The notes under the pieces are model-generated. The model had not been told where the DNA came from, did no database searches, and saw only the letters and a list, made by a program, of their open reading frames with translations. The translations under genes and the position numbers were made by a program. A stretch of DNA of 64,000 nt. Source: an uncultured Solirubrobacterales bacterium (GTDB taxonomy: Bacteria; Actinomycetota; Thermoleophilia; Solirubrobacterales; Thermoleophilaceae). This document shows, piece after piece, positions 1-7,696 of the stretch. The stretch spans positions 183,507 to 247,506 of the forward strand of contig CAWGTP010000006.1 of NCBI GenBank assembly GCA_963825535.1. The letters run 5' to 3'. The number at the start of each line of letters is the position of its first letter. Positions within the stretch are counted from its first letter, which is position 1.

Positions 1-1
1 T

Positions 2-307
2 CCGGCGCGGACGCCGGCGGCCCCGGCCGCCGCCCGCCGACCGACGCGGGTGCGCATCGGCGCCCGCGGTGCGCCCGTCAGGCGGACGCTCGAGGTCGGC
101 CGCGCGGCCACGGTCGTGGTGTCGGTCGACGAGCCCGGCCAGGTCGAGATCCGCAGCCTCGGGTTGACCGACGCGGCCGAGCCGCACGACCCCGCCGTCT
201 TCGAGACGCTGCCGATGCGAGAGCGCCGGCACGAGGTGCTATTCACCCCGGCGGGTGGGGTACGCGCGCGCGTCGTGGGCGTGCTCGCAAGCCAGCCGCG
301 CGAATAG
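2..307 (+). CDS. hypothetical protein, C-terminal fragment (5' end lies left of the window)
   Basis: Frame is open from the window edge to TAG at 305-307. Third codon positions are almost all G/C, as in the confirmed genes. No family recognised from the ~101 visible residues. Confidence 0.5.
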   Translation, partial: PARTPAAPAAARRPTRVRIGARGAPVRRTLEVGRAATVVVSVDEPGQVEIRSLGLTDAAEPHDPAVFETLPMRERRHEVLFTPAGGVRARVVGVLASQPRE

Positions 308-319
308 CTAACGTGCCCA

Positions 320-359
320 ATGCGCCCGGCATCGTGGCCCCCTGCGGTGTCGGGCGCAT
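320..359. terminator. inverted repeat ATGCGCCCG...CGGGCGCAT between convergent genes, candidate bidirectional terminator
   Basis: 9-bp arms at 320-328 and 351-359, in the 79-nt gap between the fragment ORF (+) and pilC (-). The loop is long and there is no U-tract. Confidence 0.3.
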
Positions 360-386
360 CACCCTTTCAGGGGACACGCCAGCTAG

Positions 387-1601
387 CTACTTGATCGTGT
401 CGTAGACCTTGAACATCGGCAGGTACATCGAGATCACGATGAAGCCGACGATCCCGCCGACGACGATGATCATCACCGGCTCCAGGATCGACGTGAGCAT
501 CTTGACGGCTGCCTCCACCTCGTCCTCGTAGAAGTCGGCGACCTTGGACAGCATCGTCTCGAGTGCGCCCGTCTCCTCGCCGACGCCGATCATCTGGGTG
601 ACCAGCACCGGGAACGCTTCCGGGACCTTGGTCATCGGAGCCACGAGCGGGCCACCGCCCTTGACCGATTCGCGGACGTCGTTCATCGCGTCCTCGATCA
701 CACTGTTGCCGGAGGTCTTGCCGGTGATCTCGATCGCCTGGAGCATCGGCACGCCGGCCGCGATCAGGCTCGAGAACGTGCGCGAGAAGCGCGCCAGGGC
801 CACCTTCTGCACGATGCCGCCGATCTTCATCGGCGCCTTGAGCTTGAAGCGGTCCCACTGGCGCTTTCCGGCCTTCGAGCGCTTCCAGCGGCGGAAGGCG
901 TAGATCGTCCCGGCGATCCCTCCGAACAGCAGGTACCAGCGCTCCGTCACCAGATGCGACAGGAACACCGTGAACTTGGTGATCGTCGGCAGCTCGCCGC
1001 CGAAGTCCTTGAAGACCTTCTCGAACACCGGCACCAGGAAGGTCACGAGCGCGAACAGCACGATCAGGGCAAAGCCGCCGATCACCGACGGGTAGACCAT
1101 TGCCGCCTTGACCTGGCGGCGCAGCGCATCGTCCTTCTCGAGCTGGTCGGACACCCTCACCAGCGTCTGCTCCAGGATGCCGCCGGACTCGCCGGCGGCG
1201 ACCATCGCCACGTACAGGTCGTTGAAGATCGCGGGGTGGCGCGCCAGCGCCTCCGAGAACGCCAGGCCGGCCTCGACGTCCTTTCGGACCTCGATCCAGG
1301 CGTCCTTGAGCATCTCGCTCTCGGTCTGCTCCTCGAGCACGTAGAGGGCGCGCAGCAGCGACATGCCCGACGAGATCATCACCGACAGCTGCCGCGTGCC
1401 GACCGTCAGGTCGGCCGACTTGACCTTCTTGAAGTTGGCCAGGATGTCGCTGGCGCTGGCGGGCTTGATCTCCTCGATGTCGAGGACGATCAGGCCCTTT
1501 CCGCGCAGCTGGCTGGTCACCGCCCGCTTGTCCTGGGCCTCGATCTCCCCGGTCGTGGGGACCCCGGCCAGGTCCAGCGCCTTGAAGTTGAAGTTGGCCA
1601 C
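387..1601 (-). CDS. pilC: type IV pilus assembly platform protein PilC (GspF family)
   Basis: 404-aa ORF with two GspF-type repeats and hydrophobic segments (e.g. VYPSVIGGFALIVLFALVTFLVPVF, ILEPVMIIVVGGIVGFIVISMYLPMF). Lies directly downstream of pilT. Confidence 0.9.
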   Translation of the reverse strand: MANFNFKALDLAGVPTTGEIEAQDKRAVTSQLRGKGLIVLDIEEIKPASASDILANFKKVKSADLTVGTRQLSVMISSGMSLLRALYVLEEQTESEMLKDAWIEVRKDVEAGLAFSEALARHPAIFNDLYVAMVAAGESGGILEQTLVRVSDQLEKDDALRRQVKAAMVYPSVIGGFALIVLFALVTFLVPVFEKVFKDFGGELPTITKFTVFLSHLVTERWYLLFGGIAGTIYAFRRWKRSKAGKRQWDRFKLKAPMKIGGIVQKVALARFSRTFSSLIAAGVPMLQAIEITGKTSGNSVIEDAMNDVRESVKGGGPLVAPMTKVPEAFPVLVTQMIGVGEETGALETMLSKVADFYEDEVEAAVKMLTSILEPVMIIVVGGIVGFIVISMYLPMFKVYDTIK

Positions 1602-1610
1602 GACCGACCC

Positions 1611-2684
1611 CTAAGCCACCCGGACCGTGCCCATCAGGCGGCGCAGCTCCTCCGGCGAGGCCGAGCGGCTCTCGGCCAGCTCGCGCGTGATCTGGCCCGC
1701 GGCCACCAGCTCGGCCAGCGATGCGTCCATGGTCTGCATGCCGTGGGCGGCGCCGGTCTGGAGCGTGGAGGGGATCTGATGGGTCTTGCCCTCGCGGATC
1801 AGGTTGCGGACGGCCGGCGTGGGCACCAGCACCTCGGACGCCACACAGCGCCCCTGGCCGTCGGCGGTGGGCAGCAGCTGCTGGGTCACGATCCCCTGGA
1901 GCGCCACGGACAGCTGCACGCGCACCTGGTGCTGCTGCTCGGGTGGGAACACGTCCACGATCCGGTCCACGGTCTGGGCCGTGTCCTGCGTGTGCAGGGT
2001 GGCAAACACGAGGTGGCCGGTCTCGGCCGCCGTCAGGGCGGTCGAGATGGTGTCCAGGTCGCGCATCTCGCCCACGAGGATCACGTCGGGGTCCTGGCGC
2101 AGGGCGGCCTTGAGGGCCAGCCCGAAGCTCTGCGCGTCGGCGCCGAGCTCGCGCTGGTTGACGATGCACTTCTTGTGCCGGTGAAGGAACTCGATCGGGT
2201 CCTCGATCGTGAGGATGTGCTCGCTGCGCTCCTCGTTGATCACGTCCATCATCGCCGCGAGGGTGGTGGACTTGCCCGAGCCCGTAGGGCCGGTGACCAG
2301 CACGAAGCCGCGTGGCTTCTCGGTGAAGCTGCGAAGCACGCTGGGCAGCCCGAGGGTGCTCAGCGCCGGCATCTCCTGCGGGATCAGGCGGAACGCGGCC
2401 CCGATCGACGCACGCTGGAAGTAGGCGTTCACGCGGAAGCGAGCCTTGCCGGGGATCGAGTAGGCAAGGTCGATCTGCCAGTCGGTCTCCAGCTTCTGGC
2501 GCTGGGCGTTGGAGAGGATCGAGTAGACGATCTCCCTGACCTCCTGGGGGCCCAGCGTGGGGCTGTCGATCGGCCGCAGCGCGCCACGCTTGCGCAGCAT
2601 CGGCGGCGAGCCGGCGGTCAGGTGCAGGTCGGAGGCTCCCGTTTCCAGGACCTCGAGCAGGATGTCAGCGAAATCGATTTCCAT
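1611..2684 (-). CDS. pilT: twitching-motility (retraction) ATPase PilT
   Basis: 357 aa. Walker A GPTGSGKST, Walker B/Asp box ILVGEMRD, and the PilT-typical AHLVFATLHT-like TGHLVFATLHTQD motif. Confidence 0.92.
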   Translation of the reverse strand: MEIDFADILLEVLETGASDLHLTAGSPPMLRKRGALRPIDSPTLGPQEVREIVYSILSNAQRQKLETDWQIDLAYSIPGKARFRVNAYFQRASIGAAFRLIPQEMPALSTLGLPSVLRSFTEKPRGFVLVTGPTGSGKSTTLAAMMDVINEERSEHILTIEDPIEFLHRHKKCIVNQRELGADAQSFGLALKAALRQDPDVILVGEMRDLDTISTALTAAETGHLVFATLHTQDTAQTVDRIVDVFPPEQQHQVRVQLSVALQGIVTQQLLPTADGQGRCVASEVLVPTPAVRNLIREGKTHQIPSTLQTGAAHGMQTMDASLAELVAAGQITRELAESRSASPEELRRLMGTVRVA

Positions 2685-2712
2685 CGGCTTTCCTATCGGC
2701 AGGCGCGGCGGC

Positions 2713-4479
2713 TTACGTGACCCTTGCGACTTCGGCGATCGAGGTGACCCCCTGCTTGACGCGTTCGAAGCCGTCGTCGCGCAGCGACCGCATCCCCTGC
2801 GCGACCGCCACCGAACGGATGGCGTCGGCAGAGGCGCGCTCCACCGTCAGCGAGCGGATCTCCTCGCTCAGCCCCATGACCTCGTACAGGCCGCGCCGGC
2901 CCTTGTAGCCGCTGTCCGAGCAGCGTGTACAGCCCACGGGCTCGAAGGCGTCGAGGTCGCGATCGCTCGGAAAGCCCGCCACCTCGAGCGCCGACTGGGT
3001 CAGCGTGATCTGCCTGCGGCAGTGCACGCACAGGGTGCGGACCAGGCGCTGGGCGACGATGCAGTCGAGCGCTGAGGCCGTGAGGAAGGGCTCGATGCCC
3101 ATCTCGGTCAGCCGTGTGATGGCGGACGGCGCGTCGTTGGTGTGCAGCGTCGAGAGCACCAGGTGGCCGGTGAGGGCCGACTCGATGGCGATCCGGGCCG
3201 TCTCGGCGTCGCGGATCTCACCGACCATGATGATGTCGGGGTCCGCTCGCAGCATCGAGCGCAGGCCGCGGGCGAAGCTCAGCCCGCCCTTCATGTTCAC
3301 CTGAATCTGGTTGATGCCCGCGAGCTGGTATTCGACCGGGTCCTCGATCGTGATGATGTTCTTGTCGATCGAGTTCACCTGGCTCAACGCGGCGTACAAG
3401 GTCGTCGACTTGCCCGAACCGGTCGGCCCGGTGACCAGCACCGCACCGTACGCCCTGTGGAAGCCCCGCTCGAAGCGCTCGCGGGAGTTCCCATCCATGC
3501 CGAGCGAGTCCAGGTCCAGCAGCACCTGGCCCTTGTCCAGCAGGCGCATGACGATGCCCTCGCCGTGCACGGAGGGCATGCTCACGATGCGCACGTCGAC
3601 CGGCCGCTTCTCCACGGTCAGACCGACGCGGCCGTCCTGGGGCACGCGCTTCTCCGCGATGTCCAGGTCGCCCATGATCTTGATGCGCGACACCACCCCG
3701 GCCACCATCCGGCGCGGGATCGTCGTCGTCTCCTTGAGGACGCCGTCGACGCGGAAGCGCACGCGCATGTCACGGCCGTCGGGTTCGAGGTGGATGTCGG
3801 AGACGCCCTCGCTCACGGCCTGGCCGATGATCGAGTTCACCAGCTTGATCACCGGCGCGTCCTCTGCGGACTCGCGGATCTCGGTGACCGGCGCGAGGTC
3901 GTCGTCGTCGGCCTCCTGCTCCATCGCGCTGGCCACGGCCTCGTCCAGGCTGCTCATGCGCGCGATCACGCCGGCGATGTCCTCGGCGGAGGCCACCGCC
4001 GGCCGCACCTCGTGGCCCGTCATCAGCTTCAGGTCGTCCAGCGCCAGCACGTTCGACGGGTCGGCGATCGCCACGATCAGCGCACCGGACGCGTCAAAGC
4101 CGATCGGCACCGCGTCGAACCGCTTCGCCGCCTGCGAGCTGATCAGGTTCACCGCGGCCAGATCGGCTTCGAAGACGGACAAGTCGACGTAGTCGAGCCC
4201 GAACCGCTCGGCCAGCGCGTGCGCCAGCTGCTCGCGCGAGAGCGCGCCCCAGTCGATCAGCACCTGGCCGGTGCGCTTGCCGACCCTGCGCGACTCCTGC
4301 ACGGCTGCCTCAGCCTGCTCGCGGTCGACGTAGCCAAGGGCCACTATCACGTCCGCGATGAACCGCGACGGTCCGGTGCGCCGCATCGGCGGCGTGAGCC
4401 CGGTGGCGTCGACCTCGGGCTTCAGCGCCGTGGCGCCGCCGGCAGCCGAGCCGGACTCCTGGGTCGGGACGTCGCTCAC
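2713..4479 (-). CDS. pilB: type IV pilus assembly ATPase PilB (GspE family)
   Basis: 588 aa. N-terminal GSPII-like domain, Walker A GPTGSGKST, IMVGEIRD, and a C-terminal tetracysteine motif (CVHC...CTRC). Confidence 0.92.
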   Translation of the reverse strand: MSDVPTQESGSAAGGATALKPEVDATGLTPPMRRTGPSRFIADVIVALGYVDREQAEAAVQESRRVGKRTGQVLIDWGALSREQLAHALAERFGLDYVDLSVFEADLAAVNLISSQAAKRFDAVPIGFDASGALIVAIADPSNVLALDDLKLMTGHEVRPAVASAEDIAGVIARMSSLDEAVASAMEQEADDDDLAPVTEIRESAEDAPVIKLVNSIIGQAVSEGVSDIHLEPDGRDMRVRFRVDGVLKETTTIPRRMVAGVVSRIKIMGDLDIAEKRVPQDGRVGLTVEKRPVDVRIVSMPSVHGEGIVMRLLDKGQVLLDLDSLGMDGNSRERFERGFHRAYGAVLVTGPTGSGKSTTLYAALSQVNSIDKNIITIEDPVEYQLAGINQIQVNMKGGLSFARGLRSMLRADPDIIMVGEIRDAETARIAIESALTGHLVLSTLHTNDAPSAITRLTEMGIEPFLTASALDCIVAQRLVRTLCVHCRRQITLTQSALEVAGFPSDRDLDAFEPVGCTRCSDSGYKGRRGLYEVMGLSEEIRSLTVERASADAIRSVAVAQGMRSLRDDGFERVKQGVTSIAEVARVT

Positions 4480-4982
4480 CGCGCGTCCTCGACCTGCTGA
4501 CGGAGCGTGGCCGAATCGACGTACCCCTCGATCAGGCTGGCCTTGAGGTCCTTTCCGACGATTACGACGGCGGGGGCCTGGCTCACGCCAAGGCCGCCGA
4601 TGATCCCGCGGTAGTCGACGAGCTTGGTGATCGGCGCGGTAAAGACGGAGGCGCCCTTGACGCCCCGCACCGAATTCACGGCAGCGGCGGTGGCGGCGTC
4701 GTCGGCGGCCGGCTGGCGGAAGAACAGGACCACGGTGCGGCGAGCGGTCAGCGCCTTGGCTACCCGCGGCGGCACGCCCTCGACCGCGGCGGGGGCCTTC
4801 GGCTTGGCGGGCGCCGGCTTGGCCGGCTTGGCGGGCGTGCGCGCGGCGGGCTTGACCACCTGCGGCGCCGCGCCGGTGTCGTCAGCCTCGGCCCGATCAG
4901 CGGCCGAACGCATCGAGGTGAAGCTGGCAAGCGCCAGGAGCGCACCCAGCACAGCGAGGACGAAGGGTCGGGACACTGCCAT
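4476..4982 (-). CDS. membrane-anchored hypothetical protein with a Cys-less thioredoxin-like C-terminal domain
   Basis: 168 aa. N-terminal TM (FVLAVLGALLALASF), an Ala/Pro/Lys repeat linker (PAKPAKPAPAKPKAP), then VVLFFRQPAADDA...PAVVIVGKD. Its stop overlaps the pilB start by 4 nt. Confidence 0.6.
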   Translation of the reverse strand: MAVSRPFVLAVLGALLALASFTSMRSAADRAEADDTGAAPQVVKPAARTPAKPAKPAPAKPKAPAAVEGVPPRVAKALTARRTVVLFFRQPAADDAATAAAVNSVRGVKGASVFTAPITKLVDYRGIIGGLGVSQAPAVVIVGKDLKASLIEGYVDSATLRQQVEDAR

Positions 4983-5035
4983 GCCTCGTCTATCGGCAGC
5001 ACGGACGAATGGTTGAGTGGCGTGAAAGGGGTCTT

Positions 5036-5827
5036 TCAGCCGAGGGCCGCGCGCATGGCCTCGACCGGCGCCGCCCGGCCCGTCCAGAGCTCCAGGCTGA
5101 GGGCTCCCTGGCGCACCAGGACCTCCCTGCCGGCCACGAACCGGGCGCCGCCGGCGGACGCCCAGCGCTGCACCGGCGTGGGGTCATCGGCGTACACGAG
5201 GTCCACCACCACGGCGGGCGGGGCGCGACCCGCCAGGCCGAGCGCGGCCACGGCCTCCTCGGAACTCCCGGGCTCGAGCCCGACGGTCGTGCAGTTGACC
5301 AGCAGGTCCCCGCGCGCGGGGACGTCACCGGCCTCGACGCCCAGGTCGGCGGCCAGCGCGGCCGCGCGTGCGCGGGTTCGGTTCACCACGGTCACACGGG
5401 CGGCGCCGGCATCTGCCAGGGCCCAGGCCACGGCCCGCGCGGAGCCACCGGCGCCGAGCACCACCGCCTCGACCCCGCGCACGTCCTGTCCCAGCGCCGC
5501 CAGGAATCCGGGCGCGTCGGTGTTGTCGGCGGCGATCGCGCCTCCCTCAGCGAACGTCAGCGTGTTGGCGGCCCCGATCGCCGCCGCCGCCTCGGAGCGG
5601 CTGTCGGCGAGCGCCAAGGCCGCCTCCTTGTGCGGCACGGTCACGTTCAGGCCGCGAAAGCCCGACCGCGGCAGGGCGCACACGGTCTCGGCGAGCAGCT
5701 CCGGCGGCACCGGCACCTTCACGTAGCGCCAGTCGAGCCCGAGCTCGGCCAGCGCCGCGGCGTGGATCGCCGGGGAGCGGCTGTGCGCCACCGGGAAGCC
5801 GGCCACGCCGAGCATGGGCGGGCCCAT
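5036..5827 (-). CDS. aroE: shikimate dehydrogenase
   Basis: Motifs FPVAHSRSPAIH, GLNVTVPHK, ADNTDAPGF and VLGAGGSARAV. Start chosen at ATG 5827, which shares one base with the mltG stop (TGATG). The longer ORF to 5935 would run into mltG. Confidence 0.9.
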   Translation of the reverse strand: MGPPMLGVAGFPVAHSRSPAIHAAALAELGLDWRYVKVPVPPELLAETVCALPRSGFRGLNVTVPHKEAALALADSRSEAAAAIGAANTLTFAEGGAIAADNTDAPGFLAALGQDVRGVEAVVLGAGGSARAVAWALADAGAARVTVVNRTRARAAALAADLGVEAGDVPARGDLLVNCTTVGLEPGSSEEAVAALGLAGRAPPAVVVDLVYADDPTPVQRWASAGGARFVAGREVLVRQGALSLELWTGRAAPVEAMRAALG

Positions 5828-7303
5828 CAGCAGCGCGTCGGTGACTTGCCGCCGCGGCGGGCACGCTCGCGGTTGTAGCGCTCCACGTCGCGCTGGAACT
5901 CGGCGTCGGTCTTCGTGAACGCATGCTCGCCGCACGTGCCGGGCTTGACCACGTAGAACAGGAACTGGGTGCGGGCGGGCCGCGCGGCGGCCTTGATCGC
6001 GGCCAGGCCGGGGCTGCCGATCGGGCCGGGCGGGAGCCCCTTGCGCGTACGCGTGTTGTAGGGCGAGTCGATCGCCAGCTGCGACTGCGTCAGTGGCCGT
6101 GACCAGTTGTTGGTCGCGTAGCGGATCGTGGCGTCGATGCCCAGCGGAATGCCCTCGCGCAGGCGGTTGTAGATCACCGACGCGATGATCGGCCGCTCGC
6201 GCGCCACCGAGGCCTCGCGGTCGATCATCGAGGCGATCGTGAGGATGTCGTAGGCGCTGAGCTTGCGCCGCTTGGCGAACGCCTGGTCAACGCCCGCGAA
6301 GTTGCGCTTGAACTGGGCCAGCTGCTGGCTGACCAGCTGGCTCGTGCGGCTGCCCTTCTTCAGCTCGTATGTCGCGGGAAACAGGAACCCCTCCAGCGTG
6401 GCGCCGCGTGGCGCGCCATAGCGGCGCGGGTCGAGCTGAGCGGAACGGCGGGTGCCGGTGATGTAGTCGCCGCGCAGGCGGTTGCCGACGATCCGGTCGA
6501 TCTCGCGCCGGGAGCGGCCCTCGGGCACGGACACGCGCACCACATCGGCGGGCGGGCCCTCGGAGATCAGGTCCATGGCCGCCGTGTGGCTCATGCCGCG
6601 CTTGAGCGTGAAGCGGCCGGCCTTGAAGTCGTCGCGGCGGCCCGACACGGTCGCGCGCGCCTGGAAGAAGAACGCGCTCGAAACGACGCCCCGGTCCTCC
6701 AGCAGGTCGGCGATCTGGCTGACGCTGGCGCCCGTGGGGATGCGCACTTCCACGCTGCCGTCACCGTCGCCCTTGAACGGCTGGAACAGCGACAGCGCGA
6801 GCCAGCCGATTACGCCCACGACCAGCACGAGTACGGCCAGGGCGATCATGCGCAGCGGCCCGCGGCCCTTTGCCCGCGGCGCCTTGCCGCCGGCATCGCG
6901 GCGGCGCTCGAGCAGCGCGGTGGCGGTGGCTCGGCGGCGCTGCTCGGGGCTCTCGCCCTCCAGCCGCGGCGCGGGACCCGGGAACGGCGCGGGCGGCGCC
7001 GGCGGCGCGGGCACCGGCGCGCGCTCGACTTCCGGAGCGGGCGCCCGCGGCTCGGGCTCGGGCGCCTGCGGCTCGGGCTCGGGCGGCTCCGGCTCCGGCT
7101 CCGGCTCGGGCGCCGGCGGCTCCGGCTCGGGCGACGACGGCTCCGGCACCGGGCATCGGCGGCTCGGGCTCGGCGCGGAACTCCGGCGGCGGCACCTCGA
7201 GCGGGGGCGGCTCGGGGGGCGGCTCACGCCCCTCCTTGCGCGCGCGCGCGACCTCGCGCTCGTAGCGGGCCCGCTCGCGTTCTGCCGGTGTGCGCTCAGG
7301 CAT
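5827..7303 (-). CDS. mltG: endolytic murein transglycosylase MltG (YceG-like), reading frame interrupted near 7151-7153
   Basis: The YceG core (single TM LRMIALAVLVLVVGVIGWLAL, then ...PEGRSRREI...FLFPATYEL...IASMIDREA...GLPPGPIGSPG) is in the 5827-7227 frame. About 50 N-terminal codons with ~90% GC3 start at ATG 7303 in another frame. That ATG overlaps the ruvX stop (ATGCCTGA). Confidence 0.85.
7047..7172 (-). repeat. imperfect tandem hexanucleotide repeat (CGGCTC/CGGGCT)n encoding a Pro-Glu-rich linker inside mltG
   Basis: Read directly: ...ggctcgggctcgggcgcctgcggctcgggctcgggcggctccggctccggctccggctcggg... It translates on the minus strand as PEPEPPAPEPEPEPEPPEPEPQAPEPEP. Confidence 0.7.
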
Positions 7304-7691
7304 CGTGACGCCCCCGTGCCGCCAGCCAGCCCTCCAGCAGGTGGGCGGCCGCGCGTGAGTCTTCACGCGCCTCACCACCGGTGGCGGCAGCGATGCGGGT
7401 GGTCAGCCGTTCGTCATAGAGCTCCACGGGCACGCGCACCCGACGCGCCAGCTGGTCGGCGAACTGCTGGGCGGCCTCGGCCTGATGGCCACGCTCCCCG
7501 GCCAGGGTCAGCGGGAGTCCCACAAGGACGAGCTCTGCTTCCAGCTCCTCGGTGAGCGCGCCGAGGCGGGCCAGCCCCTTGCGCGTGTCCGGCCGCTCGA
7601 CGACGTCGAGCGGCGTCGCCAGCGTCCCCGAAGGATCGGAAACGGCGCAGCCGCAGCGGGCCTCCCCATGGTCGAGCGCGAGCACTCGCAC
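7296..7691 (-). CDS. ruvX: Holliday-junction-resolvase-like nuclease RuvX/YqgF
   Basis: 131 aa with YqgF hallmarks: MRVLALDHGEARCGCAVSD, LVLVGLPL, YDERLTT. Sits in the conserved position between alaS and mltG. Confidence 0.9.
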   Translation of the reverse strand: MRVLALDHGEARCGCAVSDPSGTLATPLDVVERPDTRKGLARLGALTEELEAELVLVGLPLTLAGERGHQAEAAQQFADQLARRVRVPVELYDERLTTRIAAATGGEAREDSRAAAHLLEGWLAARGRHDA

Positions 7692-7696
7692 AGAGC

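Noticed and set aside
367-2720. Very long overlapping ORFs in the six-frame track (e.g. 367-2169 minus, 954-2720 plus; likewise 7892-10489, 36092-37936 and 59173-61761)
   Set aside because: They are Arg/Pro/Gly/Ala-rich translations of the wrong frame or strand of recognisable genes (pilC/pilT, alaS, the fusion gene, uvrA). In a genome this GC-rich, stop codons are rare in every frame, so ORF length carries no evidence.
7047-7172. Tandem short repeats that might suggest a CRISPR array or a non-coding VNTR
   Set aside because: The unit is 6 nt with no spacers. It lies inside mltG and translates into a Pro-Glu linker. No CRISPR-like repeat-spacer structure exists anywhere in the window.
7296-7303. 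The octamer ATGCCTGA occurs at two gene junctions (ruvX/mltG, and mnmA/RsbW-like at 21948-21955)
   Set aside because: It is just Met-Pro plus an overlapping TGA stop in a GC-rich context. Two occurrences in 64 kb do not indicate a shared regulatory element.
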